Source of the DNA: Eledone cirrhosa
Lineage: Eukaryota
Direction: 5' to 3'
Length of the DNA stretch: 64,000 nt
Assembly (NCBI GenBank): GCA_964016885.1
Contig: OZ024742.1
Coordinates: forward strand, 276,458,001-276,522,000
Made by a program: the position numbers and the translations under genes. The notes under the pieces were generated by a model. It was not told where the DNA came from. It was given only the letters and a program-made list of their open reading frames with translations, and ran no database searches. Shown here one piece after another: positions 14,051 to 27,799 of this stretch; position 1 is the stretch's first letter; the number at the start of each line of letters is the position of its first letter.

Positions 14051-15178
14051 CAAAAATGTATGTAAGAATTGGCTGATTTGGTAGAACATTGGATAGAATT
14101 CTTTGCAGGTTCTCTGCATGCTCTGCGGTCAAATTCCACTATGGTCAACTTTACTTTTCGTCCTTTCGAAGTCGATCAAAAAGTATCAGTTCAGTACTTA
14201 GATCAATTATTCCTCTATGTCTCTTTCTCATCTCTCTCTCCTTCTCTAGAAGAAATCAGTTGTGTTCAGAACTGAAGCAGGGAGGGGCTCTGCCAGGTTT
14301 AAAGTGTCTTGACAACTCCATGAGATTTTTAGGGGTCAATGCATACATGTGAGAATATTCTTCTGTAAAATACCAACATGTTAAAATCAACTTTATTAAA
14401 CTACTTTCAGAAAGTTACATACTTCGGGAAATGTTTCTTGATATGAAGAGTTTTATTTTAATAATCTAATAAAATAAATGTTAAAAGTATTCTATATTAT
14501 TATTTCAGATTGGATCATGTTTACTTTTCATTTGAAATTGTCAAGCATGATGCTTTCACAGTAACTGGTTAACCTTGGTGACTAAAATCTTGATTTTTAT
14601 TTAACGTATTGTCTCATAACATTTGTAGTTCGAATAATATGAAGTTATTAGCTGGAGCAGTAACAGATTGCTAAATCTTTTGGCGAAACAAAGTTATGTT
14701 GCCTAATGTACAGGTGAAGTGATATATCATTGTCTTATTTAGTGTTTGGATTAAACAGTGTTGCCTTGCAGTGTCCTGTGTTTGGGTTTAGTAGTGTTGC
14801 ATTGCTTTATTAAGTGTTTATAAAAAAGTAAATCCTATTATCATGCTTGGATCACTTATTTGGCTTGGACTGTGTTACATAGTCCATTTTTCTAAGTCGA
14901 ATTATGTAATTTTAATGCCTGCTTGAAAGTATTCTCAACTAATGCAATATTTAAGCCTGTGTGCTCTGCATATATTAACTGACTGTATACTCTGTGACAC
15001 TAAACAGCACTAAGCACTTCCTGTTCACATTGGTAATTCTCTTTGTCTATCCTAACCCATAGATGGTATTTTGCTAAGAACTGCTTCTGCTTCCTCCCTT
15101 TTCTTTTTGTCATGTGTCTACAACTGAAATGATCAGTTTGCTATGAAAGTATCATTTTAGTATTCCTATGTGTTACAG

Positions 15179-15229
15179 CTGTTGAAGCCCATTCGACCAC
15201 ACATGGTCATATCTGGTCACTGGCATAAG
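15179..15229 (+). CDS. Cdc1/MPPE1-like metallophosphoesterase, exon E
   Basis: tacag/gtaatt. LLKPIRPHMVISGHWHK (motif V GHxH). 51 nt, phase 0-0. Confidence 0.88.
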
Positions 15230-16437
15230 GTAATTATTTAAAAATATTTGTTAATTCCTACTGTTAAATTTCTAACAGGATTTTTTTTTATTACTTTCAA
15301 ATTGCTTGTATCTTACAATGAAAAAAAAAAACAATAGTTTTATGTTATGATATATAACTTTTCTGAAATAAAAACTTACTTTATATTTCAGACTATAAAT
15401 TGTTTGTCTGTGTGTTTTGTTTTACTCCTTTTCTCTTCAATCTTAATTCAATACATGAATAATTTCCTATTGAGCTTGGCAGAAAATATCAATACTTGAC
15501 TATCCATCTGACAACTATATTGCAACAACATCCACATAGATTGGTAACTTTTATTCTGTTTGTTCCATTGTAGTACAGTATGTGCAAATGTAGGCCTTTT
15601 TTGTGTTCATCAAATGTCTTCTTTGCCTTCTTCCTCTGTATCAACTTCATTTATGTGAGAACCACTTTAATCCATCTCTTTTATTTTATTTTCCAACCTT
15701 AGCCTCTCACTAATCTAGACATTTCTTATTCACAAAGGACTAATAAGACATTATATAATATAATTCTGACACCACAAAAAGAATCCTGGTAACAAAACTT
15801 CTCTAACATCTCCATTTACATGAACAACTGAACAGTCCCTGTACTTATGAGATATAACATAGCTCAAATCATTAATATAGGAAATATTTTATTGAATAGA
15901 TTGCGTTTTTACTATTTCTTGTGGTTAATTATACTTTAAAATTTGGATAGTTATTTTATATCAGTGGCAGTAGTTGTAATTGTGCATCTCTAATCAGCTC
16001 TGCTTAAAATATCTATATTACAAACAGCTGACTGAATACTCAAGACATTGTTATTCTAGCTTGTCTGTGATGATTTCCATTGCTAGCCTACCATTATGAA
16101 CATAGTGTTGAGGTCTTTGTGTAGACAAGTAGTCCCAAGATAATAGGGATTGTACTGAAAGAGATTTAGCTTTTATATTTGCTGGTAAATAAACTGTAAT
16201 GTTGAGGTCCAATGCCGATTTCTGCTCTTTTGTAACTAACCTGTAATAGGAAGTTGTTTGTGGTATAGCAAGATTTTCTTGATGTTGTCACAATATATTT
16301 TGAAAAACAATTTCTTTTGCAATTATCTATAAAGTACACCAATTAAGGTGCTGGTTGTAAAAGGGAAAGGATTGAAATCATTGCTTTATACTGTAACAGT
16401 AATATCCCTAGTCAAGCTAAGTCTGCAGGTCTGAGTC

Positions 16438-16516
16438 CAGTGTCGGATTTACCATTGTGCAAAAAAATGTTTCAGGGCCCAAATAAGGGGCCTCATTTGT
16501 CCTAAATCTGACACTG
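16438..16516. mobile_element. hAT-type MITE (79 bp)
   Basis: TIRs CAGTGTCGGATTTA / TAAATCTGACACTG. 8-bp TSD TCTGAGTC/TTTGAGTC. Confidence 0.8.
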
Positions 16517-17039
16517 TTTGAGTCTTAGTTGAACTATTACATTGAACTTATTCTTTGAATGTGCAATAAGTAACATGGAGAAGGATGGACTTTATTAAAT
16601 TGACTTGCATATGGCTCACTACATAAATATAAAACTTTTGGTGGTGATCCATTAAAGAGTATAGAACATTTTCATTTATGTATTGCTCCCATATTAATCT
16701 TTAACATATTGAATCACATCCAATAAAAAGCCACCATTGGTACACAATGTATTTTGTTAATTTTGGAGTTGTTTACTTTCCATCTATTCCGTCATTATTT
16801 CTGCAGCTTTTCTATCTTTCACTGTTTTGATGCCAAACTACTTGAAATAATACCTGGTTCTACAATACAAAAGTGTTTATATTTATCTAAAAATCTTCTA
16901 TCGTAATTTTATGTAAGAACATTTGTTAAGTTATGCTTCAAACACCAATAATGAGAAATCTCTCCAAATTCTTTATTATTTTTTAAATGACTTGAAAGTA
17001 ATAGGCAATGTCTTACATTAGAAATAGTCAGTAGAAAGT

Positions 17040-17270
17040 TTAGCTTGCTGAAGCATGGAACAAACTACCTGCATCAGTTGTTAGCTGTTGAGACACTGCA
17101 TCCTTTAAGGCCTCCATGCTTCCCGAGATCCGCCAACATTACAGCTAACACATACACACATGTACTTCCCTGACATTTGTGTATTATTCTATGTACTATA
17201 CATACACCTTTGACGAGTTGTAGTGCACCTGAGCACTTTACACAATAATTTCATTATTATTATTATTATT
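17040..17270 (+). mobile_element. CR1/L2-like LINE 3' end with (ATT)n tail
   Basis: Homologous, in opposite orientation, to 63110-63520. Ends in (ATT)n. Confidence 0.6.
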
Positions 17271-17444
17271 TTATATCAACATGCAATACAAAAATTTTGG
17301 TCTTATACATTTAACAAAAAAGGTAATTTAAAAAAATTCTAGCAAAGCATAAAAACACTTAATAAAGTATATCTAACTCACCAAAAATAAAATTAAAAGC
17401 CATTGGAGGTGAAGATGTGTAAACAAATTCTACTTGTCCTTTAG

Positions 17445-17649
17445 GCAAATTTATTCTTGTGTGAGGCTTGCTTGTCACAAGAAAATGACGATGGTGATTA
17501 CTGGCCTGTGACAAGACGTGACCTTACATCAGAAGAAAGTTACATTGAAATCAATTCTGATGAGAAAAGTACTTTAGTTGAAATCATGGTGCCTACATGC
17601 AGCTATCGGATGGGTGAAACCAAGATGGGTTATGGTGTTCTTGTTATAA
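17445..17649 (+). CDS. Cdc1/MPPE1-like metallophosphoesterase, exon F
   Basis: ttag/gtaagt. ANLFLCEACL...LVEIMVPTCSYRMGETKMGYGVLVI (Cdc1-family VPxxSxR motif). Phase 0-1. Confidence 0.9.
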
Positions 17650-18204
17650 GTAAGTGACATATTATTTTTAGACTTTTATGAAAAATAAATGTATCTTTAA
17701 TAAAGACTTGACCAACTGCTTCCTTTTCATGCCAGTCACCATCAACATCTTTGGTGCCCTCCATGCCCGAACTGCTGTTTTCCCCCTGCAAAATTGAAAG
17801 GAGTGCATCCTGCCTGAGGAAGTAGCTTCATGAGATGGAGCAGGTGTCACTGGCTGTTCTCTATGGCAATGCTTTTGCCACTTTGTCCACTAAGTACAGC
17901 AGAGATATACCACCTAGTCTTCTTTCATTATTTCATTATTGATTTTTATTGCAAATATAGAAATTTATTTTTTTGTTGGGGTAGGGAGGAATGATTGGTA
18001 GGTGTTCGTTTATCTTATTTTCACATTTTTACATGCGTTCTTCCATATTAACTCTTAACACCACATCATTGTTTATGTTAGCATGGGTTAGAAGAGCTGT
18101 CCTATTGTGAGAAAGCCAGATCAGATGACCGTGTCTTGCTCATACAGAACTGATTTTAGCTTGGTTTCTATGGCTGGATGCCCTTCCTAACGCCAACCAC
18201 AGTT

Positions 18205-18575
18205 ACAGTATGTACTGGCTGCTTTTTGTTGTGACACCTACACTACCACTTAACAGTGTTGACTGGATGCTTTTTGTTGTAACACCTACATGGCCACTTT
18301 ACTGTGTGGACTGCTTACTTTTTATCGTGACGCCTAAACGACCACTTTACAGTATGGACTGGCTGCTTTTTTTTATGACACCAACATGACCACTTTTCAG
18401 TGTGGACTGGCTGCTTTTTTTTGTGACACCAGCATGAACACTTTACAGTGTGGACTAGCTGCTTTTGTTTTTTGTGTCACCAGCAAGACCACTTTACATT
18501 GTGAACTGGCTGCTTTTTTGTGATACCAACATGACCATTTTACAATATGAGCTGGGCGCTTTTTGTCGTGACAGT
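18205..18575. repeat. ~38-bp minisatellite (about 9 copies) inside an RTE-tail element (18060-18575)
   Basis: Unit approx. GACCACTTTACAGTGTGGACTGGCTGCTTTTT(N)GTGACACC(N). Confidence 0.85.
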
Positions 18576-20322
18576 AATGATTTAGCAGAAAACATCTAAA
18601 AGCAGGCTTGTTAATTCAAATGTTTATAATATTTTTACTAGTGGACAGATACTTGTGGAAAATATGTAAAGGCTTCAGTTTTTAATGTAATGCAATTTCA
18701 GTACTTTTGTGTACTTTTCAAAATTGTCTTGTTATTGTGGTTCCATTTTTAAGTCAGCGACAATAAAACTATTATTTCTGCTGCCAAATTGTGTGGAAAG
18801 TTAGGGAAAGTTGGTAACACAAGTTTGGAATGGGGTTTTAAATCCTCTTTCTCTCTCTATCATCACTGATTCACTTTTCCATACATGATCTAGTGGTTGA
18901 CTATGTGAGTGAAACATATACATATACACCTGGTCTGAACACAAAGAACCAAACTCCTACTGTCACTACCTCCATCTCTTCTATGTAGTACAAGGCATCA
19001 AAAGTTAACAAAGATCAAATGGTTCTTTTCAGATTGAAACCAGTAATATTTTTAATGGTACCTTTCCTAATGATAACTATTAATTTTTGAAGGATTAAAA
19101 ATTTAGAGGCTTCATTTAGGAAGTAAATAATAAACTTGGATATGAGACAAATGCAGTAAAGTTGCTTATATGAAATAGAAGATATTTGAATAACTTCCCC
19201 TGCTTTACTACTGCTGTTAATGTTGATGAGATAGTAGAGGGTTATTGCAAGACAGTTGAGGTTAAATAAAGTTTAAATACAGATAAATATGACATTCTTC
19301 CATCAGATTTTGGCAAGCAAATATACCAAAATGTTATTTATTCAGTTGAGAAAAAGTTGAAAAAAAATTTCATTGAAAGATAAGTTTAGATAGTGAAAAT
19401 CAGTGCTATATAACTAGGATATACATGCATTTGTTTATGTCTGACATGTGTTAGTCTTAACCTTTTTTGTTTTGCTAATTTTCTAACCAGGATAATCATC
19501 TCTGTCTTACAAATTTGGATCATTGGATCCCAATACTTAAAATAGTATGTCATAAAATTTCAGCTGCTATATCTATAGGTTGAAAAATTGGCTGTTACTT
19601 TAAGAGTAGAGAAGTTTTAAAATATGTAATGTATAGATGGAGATATTGAACAATCAAAGCAGAAGTAATGCAAGAAAGATATGAATTTATACAGTACATT
19701 AGAAATTGGGAGAAACTTAGATGAGCTGAATGTGGAAATCAGATGAAAGCCGGAGCAATGTTTTACTAAGAAAATTGATCTAAGTTCAACAGACAGTTTT
19801 AAAACTCAACAAACTGACCAACCAAAAGAAAAAATGACAGCTAGTAAAATACTGTGTTCTGAAAATTTTCCCAACTCTTAACGCTGATTCTTTTCATTAG
19901 TTTTACTACTTTTCTATTTCTTATTTTTGTTTCCAATTTTGCTTTTATTCATTGTCTTAGACCTATTCTGTTTGCTCCTTCTTTGACCTGATACTGTTAC
20001 ATATATTCTGTGTTTCTTGGTTATACTTTAACAGTGTTTTGTGTGAGCTTGTTGTGTAGACTCAGTTTAGACTTTGGACTTGAGCCAAGGATTTCATACC
20101 TAATTTCTCTTGTTATCATTAACCACTTGAGAAGTTCCTTTTTGAAGCTTTGAACCTTCTATATTCTTTATTATCTGGAATGTTCACAAATGAAATGAGA
20201 CAAAAGAAAACAAAACATTTTAACCAAAGTTAATGAGGGCCTAGAATGATCCAGTTGTTGTTTATAAAGTATAAAACTTGATTAATTAATTCCATAAATG
20301 TTTTTCTTTCTTTATACCTTAG

Positions 20323-20501
20323 ATGATGGTGGTAATATCAAATACATGACATTGTGGCTGCCACCAAGATACGTCTCTTTATATATGTATGCTGGATATG
20401 CAATATTCGTCTGCATAGTACTTATCTGCCAGATTCTAAGGAAGCTATTTTCTGCTATGCGGCGATTGCTAACCCGAACACAGGTCAGTCATTATGAGTG
20501 A
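20323..20501 (+). CDS. Cdc1/MPPE1-like metallophosphoesterase, probable last coding exon (C-terminal TM helix)
   Basis: Pyrimidine tract + ttag, phase 1 join (A+AT = Asn). DGGNIKYMTLWLPPRY followed by hydrophobic SLYMYAGYAIFVCIVLICQIL, then TGA at 20499-20501. Confidence 0.85.
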
Positions 20502-23355
20502 TTAGTGATTCACAATGCAATGCCTAAATCTCGACATCAAAATCTATTGTTGTAAGTATCCTAGGATTATCCTTTCTAAAATGATTCTAAGATAAGCAAT
20601 AAAACACAAAATCTAGATTTAAATATGCTACTTTAAATTATATTCTGAATTGAAAGAACAATATTCATCATCATTATCATCATCATTTTCACATCCACTT
20701 TACCATGCTGCCATGGGTTGGATGGGATTTTTGAGGCAGAGTTTTACAGCTGGATGCCCTTCTTGATGTCAACCATTTTGATTGCTTCTTACAACACAGG
20801 TATAAGGTGTGCCTATTCTAAAAACCAGGATGATTTTTCATATCTTGTAGCATTTCTATTCAACATCCAGTGATGGTCTTGCACCAAATTATGTATTATT
20901 TCATAAATATATAACTGCCTAAAAGGTCAGGTATCTATGGAATCACAACCTCTTACGTTAAGTTGTATATTCATTTAGCAAGATTATCTTCTCTACATCT
21001 TTTATGTTTTGTCCATTTTCTTAACCCTTTCATTACCATATAGCTAATGAAAGAAGCTGCCTATAATGTTCAAATTATTTTGAAAATAATCAAGAATTTA
21101 GAAAGATTTAATATAATAATTAACTTTCTCATTATTAAACTGATGTTTGAAAAATAACTTAAAGGTTCTTGCATAAAATTTTGATGGAAGTTTTTTTAGA
21201 TTTAATATAAGCACTTTAAAATTAACAGCTTAGTATTGTTGAACAAGAGGTGGCTTTTGGTTTAATGATTTAAAACTGTACTACTATTACGTTTCAAAAC
21301 TAGTCACATTTACTGCGTGTAAACTTAAATGATTCCATCAACTAAACATATATTATTACATAAAGCAGTGTTTGCTCTTTTTCATCATCATCATTCTCAA
21401 TTATTATCTGTCAACTGCAAGGTGAAGGCCTCCCCAAGCCAGTGCTATTTGTCCCTCTCCTGTGCTGCTCTCATCCATGTAACACCCATAAACTTGCTCT
21501 TTTAATAATACCTCTCCAGTATCTATATTATTAGGTTTTGTAATCATTAAGTGTATGAAAACTATAGTTATATTTTAAGTAGATTACCAGTTTTTAAGAT
21601 AAAGTACTCCAAAATGATTAACACATACAAAAAAAAGTTCATTCGAAACCATTGATAAAATACACTGAAAGCAAAGATAATGCATCTTGCAGATATTACA
21701 GAAAAAAGAAAACACCACTTTAGCTAACATGTACATTATATCATCTTCATCATACATCCATTCTCTCTGCTATTAAGGGTTGGATGTGTTGTCACTGACC
21801 GCATCAGTACTCAAATAGAGCTGTTGACATCTGACAGACTTGGGGCATGCATCTCACTACATTCCTACACTGTACTGAGTGCTGAGGCAGGCTGGAGGTC
21901 TACACCTCACATAGTTTCCCGTATTCTACTGAGTGCACTTTATTGTGGCATCAGCGCTAGGGAAGTAGTCATGTCTTAACACAGCTGAGTCCTCCCAACC
22001 CTTTATTTGGCAAGTTTTCTACAGCTGGATGCTCTTCCTATCACCATACACTTTACAGATCATGTAGATCACCAATACCAGGTAGGTTGACTTGTCATGT
22101 CATGTCATTAAACAAAATGTAAATGTCATATCTGATACACCAACTTCAATGTAAACATGAAATTAATAAAATTTATGAAAACAGGTATTGCATAGATGCA
22201 TTACTTCAAAGAACATAATACAAACTAGCAGTAAGAGCATTCTTGAAATATGGTCCATTATTATTTATAAGATTCAACATAAAAGAAGACTGGCTATAGA
22301 ATTAGTACAATTTAAACTTTTAATATCAAACTGCCTGAAACTGCCCTGGTGTTATGGTACAAAACTCTGGGTTACCTCAGCATAGAAAAAATTATGCATT
22401 AACCTTTTTATAACAACGATAAATATACCAAATACACCCTGTAAATTGGTAGTACTGGTGTCATGAAAAGCACAACCATGGTATTATATTGTTATCGTTT
22501 CCCTCTCCCCACACCCTCCACCTATTGTCACCCATGATATCATACTTATCATCCCTACCCACTCTTATACTAACTCCCTCTCCTCTATAGACAGGGCTCT
22601 TCATTTCAGTCAATGATCAACAACCTGTTTAGTGTTGCTGGTGTCATGATAAAATGCACAGCATACTCTGTAGAATGCAAGAACATATGAGAGGCAAGCC
22701 CCCAGTCCATCTGAGAAATCAGTGGCTCCAATTAAGTATTGACTTGGTCTGTGACAACCAATCCAAACCTTGCTAGCAGAGAAGACAGGCATTAAATGGT
22801 AACGAATGATGATTTCTAATGTAATACACTGCCTATATGTTTCAATTTTTTAATAATTAAAAGGAATTTAGTAAAATAACAAAATTTGTCATATTAAGCT
22901 AGTGATATAACTTAAATCACAATAAAAGTTTTCATTTAAATATAAAGATTTAAAATGAGATGATTTGTATTACAGAAAACTGAGTGGACTCGGTCAGATA
23001 TGATGTTTTAAAGGGATTAAAATTAGACAATATTAATATCTGTTTAAGATATTAATATATTGACAAGTTCTGAACCAAGTATCATTCAATTGTCTGGTGA
23101 CCTTGTAGTGAAACTTTTCCATTGATGATATTCTTCTAATAACCACACACCTTACAATAGCCAATAAAAACCAAGATAATAAATAAATATAAGACACATA
23201 CTTCTAGTATTTTATGGCAAGACAAAATGATAGAATCATCACATGACCTAAAATTCAACTTACTATTGTAGGCCCCATTAAATTTATAGACCACAAATAA
23301 ACTAATTATGAAATGTGGCAATGTATTGTAAATTGGAACAAATTTGTATATTTAA

Positions 23356-23566
23356 CCCTTTAGCATTTAAACCGGCTGTATCCGGCCAGAATTCTCTCAC
23401 CGCTTTCTGTTCAAACTGGCCACTCATACTGCTGTTAAAGTATTGTTCTCAAAATAAATAATATCAAAATCTCATAGATTCAATATTATATGAGATATTT
23501 ATGTCAGATTAAACCTTTCCCACAAAAATATAATAGTATATATAGTGTAATGTAAATGCTAAAGGG
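23356..23566. mobile_element. piggyBac-type MITE, full length
   Basis: TTAA|CCCTTTAGCATTTA ... TAAATGCTAAAGGG|TTAA. Confidence 0.85.
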
Positions 23567-25035
23567 TTAATGATGTGCGTGTGTGTGTATTTATGTTGCA
23601 ACAACTATATCGTTTTAACCATATCATAGTTTCATGTCAGTCTCCAGAAATCTCAGTGGAAAATCAATGGTTTTTCACATCCACTCCAATTAATATTCAT
23701 CTAGATACAAGCATGAAACCTTGGTAAGGATCTAACAGTATAGTTACTAAAACACAAATATGTATGTGATTAAGTTTTATGTGGTGTCTCAGGTAACACC
23801 TTTGATTTATTTTCTAGTGTTGTGGGGTTTTTTCCATTGTTTTTCTCTGCTATGCTTTATTCATTAATTGTTATGTTACTAAAAGCCTTTTTTTTTAAAG
23901 AAATAAATTGTACTACTGCAAGGTTGAAAGTTCAAATAAATGCTTTTGTGAATGAGGTATCCCTAAACAGTTCTTATAGCATTAAGTGAATAAGAGACAG
24001 ATATCTGTGAATCAGACTAGTCTATTGCTTGAAATCTATTACTGTAATTAACAGTGTTTTGTGTTGGCATTGGAATGCCAAAATATTCTCATTGACTTAA
24101 TTAACAAACATATATATATATCATCATTGTCATCATCATATAACATCAATTTTCTCTGTTATACTTGTATATAAACCGAGAAATATGTGACAAAAAATGT
24201 GTTGGTAATATGGGTGCTTGACTTATATTCGGGGTCAATATTTTGCCAATTTTCACCAACTACAAATTCTATGTATAGCAAGTGCCTTAGCATATAAACA
24301 GAGTTTGGATTTTGCCTTGCCTCGGACATAAAATAGTGGGTTGGCTTATATTCAAGTGTATTCGGTAATTCTGTCATATTAATACTGTCACGGTTAGTGT
24401 TGGTGGTAACTTTATACTGTTTATAGATTTCTTTCCTGGTGCAGTTTTGGTGGGTCCAGTAATCCGTAGAGTAAAGGTTACCAGTCTTGGCAGCAGGTAT
24501 GATAATTTCAGATCAGATCAATGCTGGAGTCGGCTCCGCAGCATCCGTAGGGTCCTTTGAGCCAATCATCTGTGAAACATATGTACAGGTCGATAATCAA
24601 TAAAAACATGTAAACGAAACTTCATCGCTTTTTCTTAATATGTGTGTGTGTGTATTTCCAATTTCGCGTACTTTTATGTATTGGATGGACCCTCCTCAAC
24701 ATAGCTTCTCTCATTATCTCTTCTAAGAGGTTCAACATCCTGAGATCAGCTTTCATCACTTCTGCCCAAATTTTCCCTTCCACACTTTCCTTTTACATGG
24801 AACTCCTGCCACTTCTTCATCTAACAATCATCATCCATATGTATCCTGTGTCTGAACCAATACAATCATCTCTCTTGCACACTATGTCTGATTCCTCTTA
24901 TGGCCTGTTTTTCCCTCCACTTGTTTTTATTGGTAAGAGCAGTATATGGGTACAAGTGTTTAAAACTAATTTGAGGATTCAGTACTGCCACTGAGTAGTT
25001 AAAAACTATGATCAAGACGAGAAGGGGGCTGTGCC

Positions 25036-25200
25036 CAGTGCCGGATTTACCATTGTGCTTAGATGTGCTTAAGCAAAGGGCTCTGTGGGCCAAGGGGGCC
25101 CATCTCTCTGCCACCAAAATTTTTACGATGAATTTTTCAAATGTTTGGGCCCTCATAACTTAACCAGTAAAAGGCCTCATTTGTCCTAAATCCAGCACTG
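25036..25200. mobile_element. hAT-type MITE
   Basis: TIRs CAGTGCCGGATTTA / TAAATCCAGCACTG. Perfect 8-bp TSD GCTGTGCC. Confidence 0.88.
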
Positions 25201-25382
25201 GCTGTGCCCCAATATTGGTAAAAATCAACATGGCTTATATTCCAGCTGGTAGATAAGACATAAATATTGCTGCACTGCAGTATTTGGTTTTGTTCTATGT
25301 TTTTGGTTTCAATCCTAATGTAATTGTCTGTGCCTTTCCTTCAATTGAGGTTACTGCAGCCAATTATGCTCTTCTGCAAATA

Positions 25383-25478
25383 CAGGGTGTCCCCCAAAAA
25401 TGTTTACACATTCAGCATTCTAATAAATATTGCCTATACAGGTAATGAAATTGTGTATATATTTTGGGGGACACCTTG
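25383..25478. mobile_element. Tc1/mariner-type MITE
   Basis: TA|CAGGGTGTCCCCCAAAA ... TTTTGGGGGACACCTTG|TA. Confidence 0.8.
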
Positions 25479-26169
25479 TATTAGTTCTGAGCCCTTCTCA
25501 AAGAAATTAATTATTTATTAAAACTTACTCCAGGGAGGAAGGGCTTTCATGATTAGTAGGAAAAAGTTATACATAGACTAGCAACCCAGCTTCAATACAT
25601 GTATCAGGGAGCCAGTTTACCAGTGTCTTTGAAACCTGGAAACAGACCTCCAAAATTCTTATGAGTGACATGATGGCAGAAACAATACAATACTTCTAAT
25701 CCATCTTCTCTCACATATTCTAGTAACTCTGCAGTAATATTAGTTCCTGGGAAGTTATTGTTGCCTTTTATCTTGTTCATGACTATAGCTACATCATTCA
25801 TAATACATTTGAGACAAACATCTTGTAACTCTGACACACTTTCCTCATCAAAGCTAAAGTGTTAATTTTCTAACATCCCAAGCCCCTTCCAAAATAATTT
25901 ATCATTCTCAGCAAATTGGTGTTTTATCATAATAATTTCTTCTTTTTTTCTTTTTTTAAACTATCTCATCCTCAGAATAAACTGCCAGCTTCTGAAATAT
26001 AAGTATTATAAAAGTATAAGGTAGCAGAAAGAAAGAAGCTACATTCTTGATTTTATTATTAAGGTAAGATCATTAGTGTTTCTTAGAAAATTATATTATC
26101 TTACTTTATGTATGTATGCTTCTACTACATTCCTGAAAGTGTCTGTCAAAAGATGCATTGTATACATGC

Positions 26170-26201
<32 letters not shown>

Positions 26202-26788
26202 ACGTATGTATGTAAAAGGTAAACAGAAATAACAACACAAACGGTACAGTATATGGAAGGAATATATTATTTTAACTCTTGAAATAGCAGGAAAAAGAAG
26301 AAAGAATGAGAAATTAGAAAGATTTGAGAGATGGGCACGGCAGAATCAGAAATATATCATCATAATTTAACAGCTACTTTTCGTGTTTGCATCAAAACAA
26401 CTATCTACTAGGGTGGACTGGATGCTTTTTCATTGTGTTACCAGCACGACCACCTTACAGGGTGGATTGGGTTGAAACACTATAATTTCAGTGGTGATAT
26501 AAACATTAACTACCTGGAAAAGAAAAAGTAACTTTGTGTTCCCCCAGAAAAACTAATTTTTCTGATCCTGTTCACTACCTTACTATCACTTTTGATAAAA
26601 ACATTTCAAGGCTGTGAAAACCATCGTAAATAATCGTACTCATTCTCACTTCTTGCTGAGTCTTCTTTCCTTCTCAGTGGCCATCAGTATGTTTTCCATT
26701 GTGTCAAATCTGACTTAGAGCAGCCTTCACTAACTTACTAATTCAGCTACTACAAACATACACACACAAGATTTGAAAATCCTGAAAT

Positions 26789-27075
26789 CATCATCATCAT
26801 CATTTAACATCTATCCTCCATGCTAGGACGGGGTGTCCCTTTGTGAGAGATCAGGTCGAGGACTGTGATTCGCTCACATAGAACTGATTTTGGCTTGGTT
26901 TCTATGGCTGGATGCCCTTCCTAACGGCAACCACATTTACAGTGTTCTGGGTGCTTTTTGCCGTGTCACCTACATGACCACTTTACAGTGTAGACTGGGT
27001 CCTTTTTGTCGTGACACCTACACCTCCACTTTATAGCGTAGCCTGGGCACTCGCTTTTGTCATGACACGTACATG
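26789..27075 (-). mobile_element. RTE-tail element flanked by ~65-bp direct repeats
   Basis: (CAT)n tail at left and family core. Flanks 26724-26788 and 27090-27153 are near-identical. Confidence 0.75.
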
Positions 27076-27799
27076 ATATAAACATTAAACCTCCACTGAC
27101 TTACTAATTCAGCTACTACAACATACACACACAAGATTTGAAAATCCTGAAATGCAAACATTAAACTTCAGTTACATCATCATCATTGTTTAACATCATT
27201 TTCCACACTTGCATGGTTTAGATGGATTGTCAGGTCAGGAGACCACATCTTGTTCATACACATCTGAATTTTCTTTTTTATTTTCTTTGCAGAAATCCTG
27301 ATTAAGACTGATGTATTATCACTAAGTCAGACCATACAAGGAAAAACTGTGATATTATTACTTTATCTTAATTTCTTTATTTTTCTTTTTTTTTTCAAAC
27401 AACTTTATTATTTCTTTCAAATGTTTCAAAGAATCTTTTTATTTTCTGAACATTCCATATTTTTTGTAATCTGTAAGCCAATAATTTTTGTTCTAACATA
27501 TTGAGCTCAATGTATTTTGGCTTCTGGAATTCCCTTTTATAAGTTTTTTTTTTTTTGTTTCTTGTTGAAATGTCTGGCTACCATCTTTGATAACCAAATG
27601 TGTTATTAAAAGTGATAATTTAAGTGTATACATAATAAAAACCCATAACTGTATGAATGTTGACAATGTGAAGTTATCAGTTTATGTGCAGCTATTACTA
27701 AGATATATTATTATACTGTACATTGTTATTTGGTTAGTGTAAAATTTGTATTAATATATTGTTACTATTGAGTTTTAGATTTGGTGCTGACAGTAAAAG

